Assembly: GCA_039798785.1 (NCBI GenBank)
Contig: JBDKFG010000004.1
Coordinates: forward strand, 32,001-96,000
Reading direction: 5' to 3'
Origin: Verrucomicrobiota bacterium
GTDB taxonomy: Bacteria; Verrucomicrobiota; Lentisphaeria; Lentisphaerales; Lentisphaeraceae
DNA: 64,000 bases
Part shown: positions 29,436-38,981 of the stretch, piece by piece
Position numbering within the stretch: the first letter of the stretch is position 1
Layout of the letters: every line of letters starts with the position of its first letter
Position numbers and translations under genes: made by a program
Notes under the pieces: model-generated
The model's database searches: none
Told to the model about the DNA's origin: nothing
The model's input: only the letters and a program-made list of their open reading frames with translations

Positions 29436-30314
29436 TCAGGGTGATTTGAGCTCATCATAGCACCGTAAGAGCTTCTGCACCAATTCATAGGCGCGCCGGG
29501 CCAACATGAGCTGCGAGTCTTCGTCAACGGGGTCGTGAAACTCTACCAGTTGTTGCGGTCCGAAAGACTCGACACGGGCGAATTTCTCCCGGAGGATGGC
29601 GACTGCGGTGTCGATGTTCCCATCCTGCCTGTTCCGCCAGTTCTCGGCAAGGCTTTGAATGCCGTCCGGGTAGCGATCGAGGCAGTAGCACAAGTCGTAG
29701 CTGTCCTTGGGTTTGTCGCGCCCGCCAATGGCATGAGCTTTCATCACCAGGAAATCCGCCAGCGAGGCGACTCGCAAGGTGACGGTGTTGAGGGCGCCTC
29801 GCGCGCTCTTTCCTTCCAATCGGATCGTCTCCGGGTTGAGAAAGGCGACGCTGGCCGCTGCCACTTGCAGGACGCGGAAATCATTCAGCAACTTCGGCTT
29901 GCGCTTCTTCAGCTTCACTTCTTTCGGCGCGAGGAATTCCAACTCGACCTCCACCGGGCGTTCGCCGTCCTTGAGGTCGATGTCGATGAGAAGCTGGAAG
30001 TCTTTGCGGCCATGCCGATAGCGCTTGGTGTCGAGAAGGAGCTGGATCAGCTCGGCGTATCGGCCATCGTTCAGCTTGGAGGCATCCAGGGCCAGATCGA
30101 CATCAATGCTGCCGACGTGAGCCTCGTCTTTCATCGATGCGGGCGGTAAGAGCAGATCTGGCGTCCAGCCACCAACTACCACAAGGCAATCGGCAAAAGA
30201 GGCCAGAACTTGCCCGACATCAACCAAAACGCGACGAGCGGCCTCGGTCTGGCGGGAGGCATAAGCGCTTTGATTTCTCGCGTCGGGGTTCATGGTTTCG
30301 GTCCTCGCTGCCAT
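29436..30314 (-). CDS. Nucleotidyltransferase-fold toxin (AbiEii-like)
   Basis: VVGGW, GSIDVDL, MKAHA and RDKPKDSYDL motifs; overlaps the upstream regulator. Confidence 0.8.
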   Translation of the reverse strand: MAARTETMNPDARNQSAYASRQTEAARRVLVDVGQVLASFADCLVVVGGWTPDLLLPPASMKDEAHVGSIDVDLALDASKLNDGRYAELIQLLLDTKRYRHGRKDFQLLIDIDLKDGERPVEVELEFLAPKEVKLKKRKPKLLNDFRVLQVAAASVAFLNPETIRLEGKSARGALNTVTLRVASLADFLVMKAHAIGGRDKPKDSYDLCYCLDRYPDGIQSLAENWRNRQDGNIDTAVAILREKFARVESFGPQQLVEFHDPVDEDSQLMLARRAYELVQKLLRCYDELKSP

Positions 30315-31393
30315 TCAGGTTTCAGTCGCTGTTCGAGCAGGGCTTCTGCGGCTTCCGCACCTCGACCGCCGCTGTGCCACAAATCGACATAGGTCTGCAC
30401 GAGGTTGGTACAAGCAAGGGCATCGTTGCCGCCTCGATCGGCGGGGAAGAAGACGCCGTCGTCGTGAGGGATCAGAATGACCAGGTTGTCGCCCGAGTCG
30501 ATGCGTTTCGCCTCGGCCAAGCGCTCCAAATGGGGCAGGTCCTGTTCCCGCAGATAGAGCCAGGTCTTGTTTTGCCGAACGTGCGGGGCTTGTTGCTCCG
30601 CTGCGGAAAAGACGGAGTAGAGGGCATGCCCTTGAGTCGCCTCGGCCAGTGAAGCTAGAGCGCGACGCAGCTTCTCGCCTTGTTGGAGGGTGAAGTAACC
30701 CACGCGACGGTGCTTCTTGAAGCGATAGGCGTCGCGCCAAGCGAAAAGCAGCTTGAGGGGCTCTAGCAAACGAAGACCGCCGTCTTTGTCCTCGCCGATC
30801 AAAGCTTCGTCGCGAAGATGCCGGATCACTTTGTTCACTAGGCCGAGACTCACCTGTGCCCGTTTTTGCAGCTCCCGCTGCGTCCACAATCGCCCCGCGT
30901 GTTCTGGAAGAAGGAGCGCCACGATCACCCGGCCAGTCGATCCGGACCCGAGATGGGTCGTCGGACGCGGCGCTTTCACGGTCGATTCCAGCCCGCTGCG
31001 CTGCAATCGCAGGAGGCCGGGAATGTCGAGGGAGTGATTGCCGGCGAGATCGAACCAGCTCCACCCCCATTGAGCGCACAATTCCGCCATTCGTGGCGAC
31101 ACCCAGGGCATGGCAAGCACCGGCACGATCCATGGGCCTGCAGCTTCGAGGCTAGCGCTTGCGGCACGATATTGCTCCAAGAGCAAGGGGAAGTGGCTGG
31201 GTCGCAGTTCCCGTTTGCATTTGACGAGCAAGGTCGCACGTCCACCTCCTGGCAGCGGGAGTCTGATCAGGAAGTCACTGCTATCCGCTTGAGATTGCAA
31301 TTCCCCTGGAGACAGCCATGGCACGCTCCGCAGCAGATTTTCCAAGGCCAAGGCACAAGCTTGAGTGTGAGTGTCGCTTGTAATTTTGTTCAT
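30290..31393 (-). CDS. AbiEi-like antitoxin/transcription regulator
   Basis: wHTH TQRELQKRAQVSLGLVNKVIRHL, LLFAW, and C-terminal VQTYVDL...GRGAEAAEAL. Confidence 0.78.
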   Translation of the reverse strand: MNKITSDTHTQACALALENLLRSVPWLSPGELQSQADSSDFLIRLPLPGGGRATLLVKCKRELRPSHFPLLLEQYRAASASLEAAGPWIVPVLAMPWVSPRMAELCAQWGWSWFDLAGNHSLDIPGLLRLQRSGLESTVKAPRPTTHLGSGSTGRVIVALLLPEHAGRLWTQRELQKRAQVSLGLVNKVIRHLRDEALIGEDKDGGLRLLEPLKLLFAWRDAYRFKKHRRVGYFTLQQGEKLRRALASLAEATQGHALYSVFSAAEQQAPHVRQNKTWLYLREQDLPHLERLAEAKRIDSGDNLVILIPHDDGVFFPADRGGNDALACTNLVQTYVDLWHSGGRGAEAAEALLEQRLKPEWQRGPKP

Positions 31394-31472
31394 AGAATCA
31401 CCATGTTCATGTTTTCGTGAACAGTAGGTCATTCGTGAACATTGTCAAGAGCAAGCTAAGCGCTCATGCGGC

Positions 31473-33020
31473 TTATGAGCTCCATGATCGGAGGCATGTC
31501 ACGAGCTCCGTGTGGCCAGCATTGGCAGCCAAATCCATCGGCAAGTGACCTTCAGCGTCGTAGATATTTAACTTGGCTCCAGCCTCTAGCAAAAGTTTGA
31601 CGGCCTCTATGTGGCCACCACTGGCAGCCCAGTGAATTGGGGTGCTAAGGTCGGATGCTTGAACATTCACCTTGGCGCCGGCTTTGAGCAGGAGCTTCAA
31701 GCTCTCCGTGTGGCCACCACTGGCAGCCCAATGAATGGGGTGGCGTCCTTCTGAATCTCGAACATTCACTTTGGCACCGGCTTCGAGCAGGAGTTTGACG
31801 AGTTCGGGCTGAGCCGTTGAATCTATGGGGTGACGACCTTCTGCATCCTGGACATTCACCTTGGCACCGGCTTCAATGAGGAGTTTTGCACTCTCAAACG
31901 ACGCACCATGAATGGCCCGTTGGCCATCATGAGTTTGGGCATTCACCTTGGCACCTGCTTCGAGAAGAAGCTTCACAATTTCAATATGCCCGTGCTGGGC
32001 AGCCTGCTGAAGAGGCTGAATCCCGAATCCATGCTTGGTATTGACTTGGGCCCCTGCCGATAGCAGGAACTTCACGATCTCGGTCTGGCCAAACAGAGCG
32101 GCGACATGAATCACTTGCCAACCCTCAGCTGGCAAAAGATCAATTTTCCGTGCCTCTGCATCAAAAAGAATCTTCACGATTTCAAGATAGCCATTTTGCG
32201 TTGCAAGGTGAATGGGCTTTAAATCGTTAAAATCACGGAAATGGGGATTTGCGCCAGCGGCAAGGAGTATTTGGACCATCTCGAGATGGCCGAATTCGGC
32301 AGCAAAATGTAGAGCTTGGGTGCTGTTTGTCGGAGGAGTATTCACCTTGGCGCCTGCGGCGAGGAGCAGTTTGACGATCTCAAGATGGTTCTTGCTAGCG
32401 GCTGCATCAAGGGGTTGCCAGCCGTACTTATGCCTCGTATTCGCCTTGGCGCCAGCAGAGAGGAGGAGCTGGACGATCTCTAGGTGCCCATTCTCAGCCG
32501 CGACATGAATGGGCTGCAAACCAACATGATCAGCAGCATCTGCCTTGGCGCCAGCTGTGAGGAGAATTTTGACGATTTCCAGGTGCCCATTCTCAGCCGC
32601 GACATGGATGGGGTGGAGACATTCCTTGCCTGGAGCATCTGCCTTGGCGCCAGCTGTGAGGAGAATTTTGACGATTTCCAGGTGTCCATTCTCAGCCGCG
32701 ACATGGATGGGGTGGTTGCCGACTTCATCTGGAGCGTCTACATCTCCCCCAGCGACAAGGAGAAGCTTCACGATCTCATGGTGACCAAATTCAGCCGCGA
32801 CATGAATGGGTTGCGAACCGTCTTTTTGCTGAGCATCCACCTTGGCTCCTGCCAGAAGCAACAGCCTGACAATTTCAACATGGCCAAACAGTGCGGCCAG
32901 ATGGATGGGCTGACGCGCATTCATCTGTTGTGTATTGACATTGACGCCAGCTTTGATCAAGCGTCTAACGGTCTCAATATCGCCGGTGTATGCGGCACTT
33001 CGCAATGATGAATTTTTCAT
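31473..33020 (-). CDS. Ankyrin-repeat protein
   Basis: About 15 tandem 33-aa repeats PIHxAAxxGHxEIVKxLLxAGAxxx. Confidence 0.95.
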   Translation of the reverse strand: MKNSSLRSAAYTGDIETVRRLIKAGVNVNTQQMNARQPIHLAALFGHVEIVRLLLLAGAKVDAQQKDGSQPIHVAAEFGHHEIVKLLLVAGGDVDAPDEVGNHPIHVAAENGHLEIVKILLTAGAKADAPGKECLHPIHVAAENGHLEIVKILLTAGAKADAADHVGLQPIHVAAENGHLEIVQLLLSAGAKANTRHKYGWQPLDAAASKNHLEIVKLLLAAGAKVNTPPTNSTQALHFAAEFGHLEMVQILLAAGANPHFRDFNDLKPIHLATQNGYLEIVKILFDAEARKIDLLPAEGWQVIHVAALFGQTEIVKFLLSAGAQVNTKHGFGIQPLQQAAQHGHIEIVKLLLEAGAKVNAQTHDGQRAIHGASFESAKLLIEAGAKVNVQDAEGRHPIDSTAQPELVKLLLEAGAKVNVRDSEGRHPIHWAASGGHTESLKLLLKAGAKVNVQASDLSTPIHWAASGGHIEAVKLLLEAGAKLNIYDAEGHLPMDLAANAGHTELVTCLRSWSS

Positions 33021-33097
33021 GAATGGTTTGTCTCAAATAATAACATGGTTTGCCAATGAATCGGCTATCAATTTTTTATTGTCTTAGTAACGATTTT

Positions 33098-34552
33098 CTA
33101 GTATGACTCAAAAAGTCGGAGATAATTGTCGCGGTTATTTTTGTCTTTAACCAGATCAATCATCTCGACACCATTGCGATTTTTCGCATGGATATCTGCG
33201 CCATTTTTGATTAATATTGAACAACAGTTGGAGTTTCCCTTGCTGGCGGCTAAATGAATGGCTTGATCGCCATTTTCATCAACTTCGTCAATTTTAGGCC
33301 CAAGCTTCAGGAGGTTTTTAAGAACCTCATCACGTTTATAATTGCGGGATTCAACAAGATGATGGAGAGGGGTTTTCCCGCGACTATCTTTAGCGTTGAT
33401 ATTGGCGCCATGATCGAGAAGAAATTTTAAAGTATCCCAATTGCCATTGATCGATGCTTGGTGAATCGCTTGGAATCCTTTTTTGTTGACCATGTCGATT
33501 TTGGCGCCGCGAAAGATTTGGAATTCTAGGTAATGGAGCCTAATGGGCGCATCCGCACGGCTGACAAAGGTCTCCGCATCATCGATAGGCCCTGCCAGAT
33601 CCATCGGGGTTTTGCCCTCATGATTCTGATAATCTGTTTTAGCTCCGCGTTCAATGAGTAATTTATACAGGGGTAATTTGTGGTATTGAGCCGCGTAATG
33701 GAGGGCTTGATTATTTAAATCATCTATGGCGTCAACTTTGGCTCCATGATCTAATAAAAACTTCATAAATTCAAGGTCAGTATTTTGTTTTGCGGAAAAG
33801 TGAATCAACTCTGTCTGGCCGAGAGGATTGACGCGATCGCGATCATTTCCAAAGTAGCTGTTGAAGCCAATTCTGGCGCGGGCATCGATCTTGGCGCCAT
33901 TGTCGAGAAGGAATTTCAAGGTTTCGATATCGCTGACTCGATGGATCGCTTGCAGACCGAGTTCATAACCGTCAATTTTGACCCCAGCCTGCAAGAGTTT
34001 TTTAAGATATTTATTGAGATTCATCGATTTTTGTGAAATGGCGACTAAATCTGAAAAGAGATGGTTGTCGGCATGGGCTTTGTTAGCGAGCAGAAAATCA
34101 AACATTTCTTCATTGTTTTTTGTGGCGGCGAAATAAAGTGCTGTTCTAGCACTGGCATTTTGGGTTTTGGCGTTAATGTCAGCGCCCTTTTCGAGAAGGA
34201 GCTTGAGCATCTCGATATTCCCCTTGGGGGCACTGGCCGCATGATGAATCAGCATGTCGCCCATGGTCCAAGATTGATGTTCTCGTGTATTGGGAATAAA
34301 CTCATCGATTTTGACCATCTTGTTTTCAAGATAAAACTTGACGATCTCGACGCGACCGGTTTTTGCCGCCAAGCCACAGGCATCGAAGATGCGGTCTCGT
34401 TCAAAAATCTTGCCATTGTCAATGGCCTCTTTCAGTTCCTCGACAGTCCCTGTGGCCGTGATTTTCACGAGCTTTTCGGTGTATTCCTTGTGAGTCAGAT
34501 TGCCGGGGGCAGACTGGAAAAGCAAAACGCTGAGGAGTGCAGTGTTAAGCAT
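33098..34552 (-). CDS. Ankyrin-repeat protein with putative signal peptide
   Basis: Hydrophobic N-terminus; repeated LLxxGAxI[ND] and GxTPLH/QAIH motifs. Confidence 0.9.
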   Translation of the reverse strand: MLNTALLSVLLFQSAPGNLTHKEYTEKLVKITATGTVEELKEAIDNGKIFERDRIFDACGLAAKTGRVEIVKFYLENKMVKIDEFIPNTREHQSWTMGDMLIHHAASAPKGNIEMLKLLLEKGADINAKTQNASARTALYFAATKNNEEMFDFLLANKAHADNHLFSDLVAISQKSMNLNKYLKKLLQAGVKIDGYELGLQAIHRVSDIETLKFLLDNGAKIDARARIGFNSYFGNDRDRVNPLGQTELIHFSAKQNTDLEFMKFLLDHGAKVDAIDDLNNQALHYAAQYHKLPLYKLLIERGAKTDYQNHEGKTPMDLAGPIDDAETFVSRADAPIRLHYLEFQIFRGAKIDMVNKKGFQAIHQASINGNWDTLKFLLDHGANINAKDSRGKTPLHHLVESRNYKRDEVLKNLLKLGPKIDEVDENGDQAIHLAASKGNSNCCSILIKNGADIHAKNRNGVEMIDLVKDKNNRDNYLRLFESY

Positions 34553-34601
34553 CAGATGGTTCCTTGATTTTGGTTAAGGAGAGAAGGAGGTGAGGGTATT
34601 G

Positions 34602-35075
34602 CGGCGAGTCAAACCGAATAAGAGGATATCTTAAATATCAGTTTTTTTGCGAAAATTTGTCATGGAATGGGAGGCCTTGAGTCTAAATGAAAAGTCGGGG
34701 GTGGCCTGGGAGCCCCACCCTCCGTGGTGGGTGCGCTGTGGAAGGTCCGGCACGGAGGCCGGGGCTCCCAGAGGGCGGCGGGTCAGAGCTAAAAGAGGAT
34801 GTCTTTGCATGGGAATGAGTTGGGAATGAGTGAGGCTTTGGCGCGGGGGGAAACCTAAATGGAAAGCGAGGGTTTGGCAAGCTCCAGGAGAGGGAGCTTC
34901 CGGCCGCGGCGGCGGGACAGACCTAAAAGAGGATCTTTCTGATTTCCAGTTTGTTACGAATGTTGTCATGGATCGGGAGGCCTTGAGTCTAAATGAAAAG
35001 TTGGCGTCCTGGGCGCCTCTCCGTGGTGAGGGTGCTGCGGCAGACCCGGCACGAAGGCCGGGGCTCTCAGGACTC
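34602..35075. repeat. Imperfect intergenic direct repeats
   Basis: ~110-bp copies at ~34657 and ~34963 (GGGAGGCCTTGAGTCTAAATGAAAAGT identical); CGGCG..AAGAGGAT motif three times. Confidence 0.7.
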
Positions 35076-35091
35076 AGGACGCAATTGGTCG

Positions 35092-35970
35092 TCATGAATT
35101 TAAAATGGTTTTGATTTCATTTATAGAAGACGGGGATCTTTCATCTGGATTTTCATGCAGTAAACCATCAACAATTTCAGTGATTCTCCCATCTGTTGGG
35201 TCTTTATATTTTGAAGGTCTTCCTGTTGACAATTCTCCAGTAACTAAAAACCACAACACACGGGAAAATTGCCATAGATCAGATCGATAATCGACTATTG
35301 TTGTTTTGTCCGATGAGTATTTTATTAATTCAGGACTTAATATATTTCTTGGCCCAACAACTTCATCGTGTTCGGTTATATCAGAAAAAATCCTTGATAA
35401 GTCATCGTCGGTGTTACCTGTATATTTTGACAGTCCGAGATCAATCATAAAAATGCTGTTGAATTTATTGTCCTGGAAAACAAAATTTGCTGGTTTAATA
35501 TCTCTATGGATAAATCCTTTAGAATGTAAATGATCTAAAGACTCCAGAATATCATTTGCACAATCAATTATAAATTTTGCTTTCTCAAATTTCGATTTTT
35601 GCATGTATTTAGTGCGTGCATGATTAAATTTATCATCTTTGAAATATTGCCACATATTAGCATATCCTTTTTGAATCACAATAAATTCAAGGTTTAATCC
35701 TGAGCAGTTTAATATTCCATTCCCATATAGTTTTGAAATGTTTTTATGGCTTAATTTTTCCAAAGTTGCGATTTCATTGTGGAATCTTTTATATTTTAAA
35801 TTATGCTTTGGGTTTGAAAATTTTACAACTACATCACAAGTAGGATAGGAGACTTTTTTCCCAATATATACTCCATTTGTTATGGCACTAGTTAGTTTAT
35901 ATTCAGTACCACAGTAACATCTAAAATTTTCTGGGAGTTTTAATTTTTCATCGCCAATTTGAATGTCCAT
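35092..35970 (-). CDS. Hanks-type Ser/Thr protein kinase
   Basis: VVVK, HRDIKPAN, IDLG, SPE and SDLW motifs; starts 2 bp after the ATPase stop. Confidence 0.9.
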   Translation of the reverse strand: MDIQIGDEKLKLPENFRCYCGTEYKLTSAITNGVYIGKKVSYPTCDVVVKFSNPKHNLKYKRFHNEIATLEKLSHKNISKLYGNGILNCSGLNLEFIVIQKGYANMWQYFKDDKFNHARTKYMQKSKFEKAKFIIDCANDILESLDHLHSKGFIHRDIKPANFVFQDNKFNSIFMIDLGLSKYTGNTDDDLSRIFSDITEHDEVVGPRNILSPELIKYSSDKTTIVDYRSDLWQFSRVLWFLVTGELSTGRPSKYKDPTDGRITEIVDGLLHENPDERSPSSINEIKTILNS

Positions 35971-35972
35971 TT

Positions 35973-37844
35973 TTAGTCCTCCGGTATCTCGCTGAAGTTA
36001 AGTGTGTGCTCACCTCGCTTGTAGTAATGATTTAAGATATAGTCGCCTTCCCTGATTTTATCAGATGGCATAGACGTAGCGATAATAATTTGATAAGAAT
36101 TTGGATCCACATTTTTAAGCATTTCGATCATTCCATTTTGAATCGCATGAGCTCGGTTTTCCTGCATTCCTTTATCTTCCATACAATCTAAAATTGCAAA
36201 TTTTGGGATTCTCATACGATCCTCAAATAGAGAGGCATAAAATAGAGAAAATCTAGCCGCTAGCTTTAAGATGGCATCTGACGATGCTGAGAATTTTGTT
36301 GCGCCATCTACAATTATCTTTGACTCTTCGAATAGAAGATATGCCTCTTTTGCGTCATTAAATGAACTCTCAAAACCACCGTCAACTTTAATTAATTTTA
36401 CTATATAGCTCCCAATAGCATTTTTAATCCGATTGGAATAATCCTCTTGTCTTTCTATGGAAATCTTGATTTTCTCAAGTAATTCAGCTCGGCGGGACTT
36501 AAGTTTAATGCATTCACTTTCAAGTTCTATAATCTTTTCATACATAGATTTGATTTTATCATGCATGTTAATAGTTGCTTGATTCTCTGCGATTTCCATT
36601 GATATACTGGATATCAACCGAGATTGCTCACTAGTAAGAGCGGCGCAAGCTTCAACCTTTTTAGTTTCAAATCTAATTTTTGATCTAATATCTAAAATTT
36701 TATCTCTTTCTATTTCGATTCTTAACTTCTTTTTGATTATCTGATTTCGTGATTCTTTAATTTGAAATTCGACCTCTTTCTTCCTTTCAAAATAAAAATC
36801 TGTAAATAAATTTGCGTGTTTTTTGTCAGATCTACAAAGCCCGCAGCCAATAGCCGTATGCGACTCATCAATAGGGCATAAACATTGAGGGCAATAAATG
36901 AATTTCAATCCTGAATATACATTATAAAATGATAAAGCCTCCTGAATTTCATCCGTTGATTTTTCAAGCATCATAATAAGCTGTTCGCTATCTGATATTT
37001 CTAATTCGCAATCTTTGATATCATTTTCGATTTCAATCTTTTTTTGTTTGAGCTTATCTATATTTTTTAGTGCTTCCGTTGAGACGTCAGATTTTTTATT
37101 CGGTTCATTGATAGTAGATAATGATTCGGTAAGAAGGTTGATCTTAACTTGGCACTTACGAATTTTTTCATCGCTTTCAGTTTTGTTCAAAAATGAGTTT
37201 GATTTTAAAAATGCGCTAATAGATGCTATGTCTGAAGATATATGGCTATATTTTTTCTCTAAGAGTAGTAATTCTTGTCGCCACTCATGCGATTCAAGAT
37301 CATCAATTCCCAGCAAATACTCAGCAACTGATTTTCTTATCCCCTTATTATCATATTCATTCTGGTCATTAAATAAACTTTTTGGTGACGTATTTTGGTC
37401 AGCATAAATTAAGCGAAGGAGCTGAAACATTGTGATTGCGGATGTTGATTCTTCAGTTTTTCCTAAAGGATAACCAAGAAGTTCAAAAATATGGTATGAA
37501 AAGCTTTTTTTGTTTGTAGAATTTTTATACGGCAAAACATTAAAGTTGTTAGATTTAGAATCTTTGAAATATATTGCGTTAAGGCGGTTATCATTAATCT
37601 CTCTTTTTAAAACAAAATCATTATTATTAATGCGAACCTCAAGAATTACATATTCGCATTTTTTCTGATATGCTCTCCATGACATTTCTTCATAACCTAA
37701 CGCATATGCAATAAATTCTAAAATGCTTGATTTGCCAGTGCTGTTGTCGCCAGCAATTACATTTATTCCTGGTTTGAATAACTGTTTATAAACCGTATAG
37801 CCATTCGAGTAAACTTCCAGGCTCAGTAATTCTAGCTTATTCAT
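35973..37844 (-). CDS. lmuB: SMC/Rad50-like ABC ATPase of a Lamassu/ABC-three-component system
   Basis: GDNSTGKSS Walker A, RLIYADQ, coiled coils with central CPQC...CGLC, FSASS signature, ILDCMEDKGM and QIIIATS. Confidence 0.8.
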   Translation of the reverse strand: MNKLELLSLEVYSNGYTVYKQLFKPGINVIAGDNSTGKSSILEFIAYALGYEEMSWRAYQKKCEYVILEVRINNNDFVLKREINDNRLNAIYFKDSKSNNFNVLPYKNSTNKKSFSYHIFELLGYPLGKTEESTSAITMFQLLRLIYADQNTSPKSLFNDQNEYDNKGIRKSVAEYLLGIDDLESHEWRQELLLLEKKYSHISSDIASISAFLKSNSFLNKTESDEKIRKCQVKINLLTESLSTINEPNKKSDVSTEALKNIDKLKQKKIEIENDIKDCELEISDSEQLIMMLEKSTDEIQEALSFYNVYSGLKFIYCPQCLCPIDESHTAIGCGLCRSDKKHANLFTDFYFERKKEVEFQIKESRNQIIKKKLRIEIERDKILDIRSKIRFETKKVEACAALTSEQSRLISSISMEIAENQATINMHDKIKSMYEKIIELESECIKLKSRRAELLEKIKISIERQEDYSNRIKNAIGSYIVKLIKVDGGFESSFNDAKEAYLLFEESKIIVDGATKFSASSDAILKLAARFSLFYASLFEDRMRIPKFAILDCMEDKGMQENRAHAIQNGMIEMLKNVDPNSYQIIIATSMPSDKIREGDYILNHYYKRGEHTLNFSEIPED

Positions 37845-38250
37845 ATGCGTCCTCAAAGAGTTTTGTTTTTGATAGAAGTTCGTGTTGATCAAGACTCATT
37901 ACATCTGAATAAAATTCCAGGAATTTTTCATCATTAGTAATTATTGATGAAAAATTATTGCTCCGAATTATGTTGTCCCCATCAAATGATATTATTGACT
38001 TGGCCATTAACAATCGATAGGCTCCGTAATGGCTTTTTTCTAAAAGATAAGCATGGGCTCTTTTTGTGCCCGAAAATCTGTAACAATCTTTATAAGACTT
38101 TGAAAGATTATTATATTGAGGGAAGCAAAAAATAAAATCTACTGATAACAAATACTTTGCGGGTATCGAGTCCAAACCAAGATGATTCATGTGTGTAGCA
38201 CATCTAAATGCAGTGTGATACAAGTCGCAAACTTTGTTAAACATAATCAT
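37837..38250 (-). CDS. ABC-3C middle component (LmuC-like)
   Basis: Own ATG at 38250 preceded by GGAGG; DLYHTAFR and VDFIFCFP motifs; overlaps the ATPase start. Confidence 0.65.
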   Translation of the reverse strand: MIMFNKVCDLYHTAFRCATHMNHLGLDSIPAKYLLSVDFIFCFPQYNNLSKSYKDCYRFSGTKRAHAYLLEKSHYGAYRLLMAKSIISFDGDNIIRSNNFSSIITNDEKFLEFYSDVMSLDQHELLSKTKLFEDAYE

Positions 38251-38790
38251 TTGAGCCTCCACTTCAAATAGCAATTCCCAGTAATATAAAAAAATTAATC
38301 CTTCCAAAGTTCTTCGGTTCAGCATTTCGCTGTCAGTGGTATTTTCATAGAAGTAGTCGATAATTATTTTATTGACTTGAGACTTAACCTCTTCGGGTGA
38401 AGCTCCACTTTCAATTATAGGATAGATATCATTTGTGAATTTGCTAATTGATTCATCAATTAAAATTGAAATAATTTTCTGGAACGACAATGAGTTGATA
38501 TTGCGGTGTAATATTTTAGCAAATAACTCTTTGCACTCTAGTGCGTGTTCTATATAATAAATCGGCATGTTTGCTTGGATAAATTTTTCTTCTAAACCAA
38601 TAGTGCTAGATTCTGATTTTGGTTGCATATAAAGAGATAGATCTTCAAGAAATTCGGAGACTGATCTATCGTTAATAATTGCTTTTTTAATTCGTTCCTT
38701 AAGGCCAGTAGAAGTTAAATTATTAATGATATTGTTGTCGCCAATAATTGCGATTCCCGTATTTCCTTGGATTGTGTTTGAGTTTAGCAT
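38247..38790 (-). CDS. LmuA-like ABC-3C C-terminal-domain protein lacking a catalytic effector; apparent +1 frameshift at A7 38288-38294
   Basis: IGLEEKF...ALECKELFAK...FQKII...IYPII. Removing one base gives EGLIFYITGNCYLKWRLK* with ATGA overlap; as written it reads through into the next gene. Confidence 0.65.
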
Positions 38791-38792
38791 AT

Positions 38793-38963
38793 TTATTTTT
38801 TCTTTTTCGTGTCATCTATTTTATTTTCATTCCCAATTATTACATTGCCACTGTTGTTTGATATGTTGTTAAAATTTATTTTTTTGATAGCGATTCTTAT
38901 GATAAAAGATGCTACTACAATTATAGCAATACCTCCTCCAATTTGTGCGACTGAAATATCCAT
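38793..38963 (-). CDS. 56-aa single-pass membrane protein with N/G/I-rich C-terminal motif (absent from the ORF track)
   Basis: AAGGAG RBS; MDISVAQIGGGIAIIVVASFIIRIAIKKINFNNISNNSGNVIIGNENKIDDTKKKK*; fills the gap between drmMI and the LmuA-like gene exactly. Confidence 0.75.
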   Translation of the reverse strand: MDISVAQIGGGIAIIVVASFIIRIAIKKINFNNISNNSGNVIIGNENKIDDTKKKK

Positions 38964-38981
38964 AAGAATCTCCTTTTTATC

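Noticed and set aside
37837..38790. Single natural 317-aa protein
   Set aside because: An internal RBS and ATG, plus the restored C-terminal motif after a one-base correction, point to two genes.
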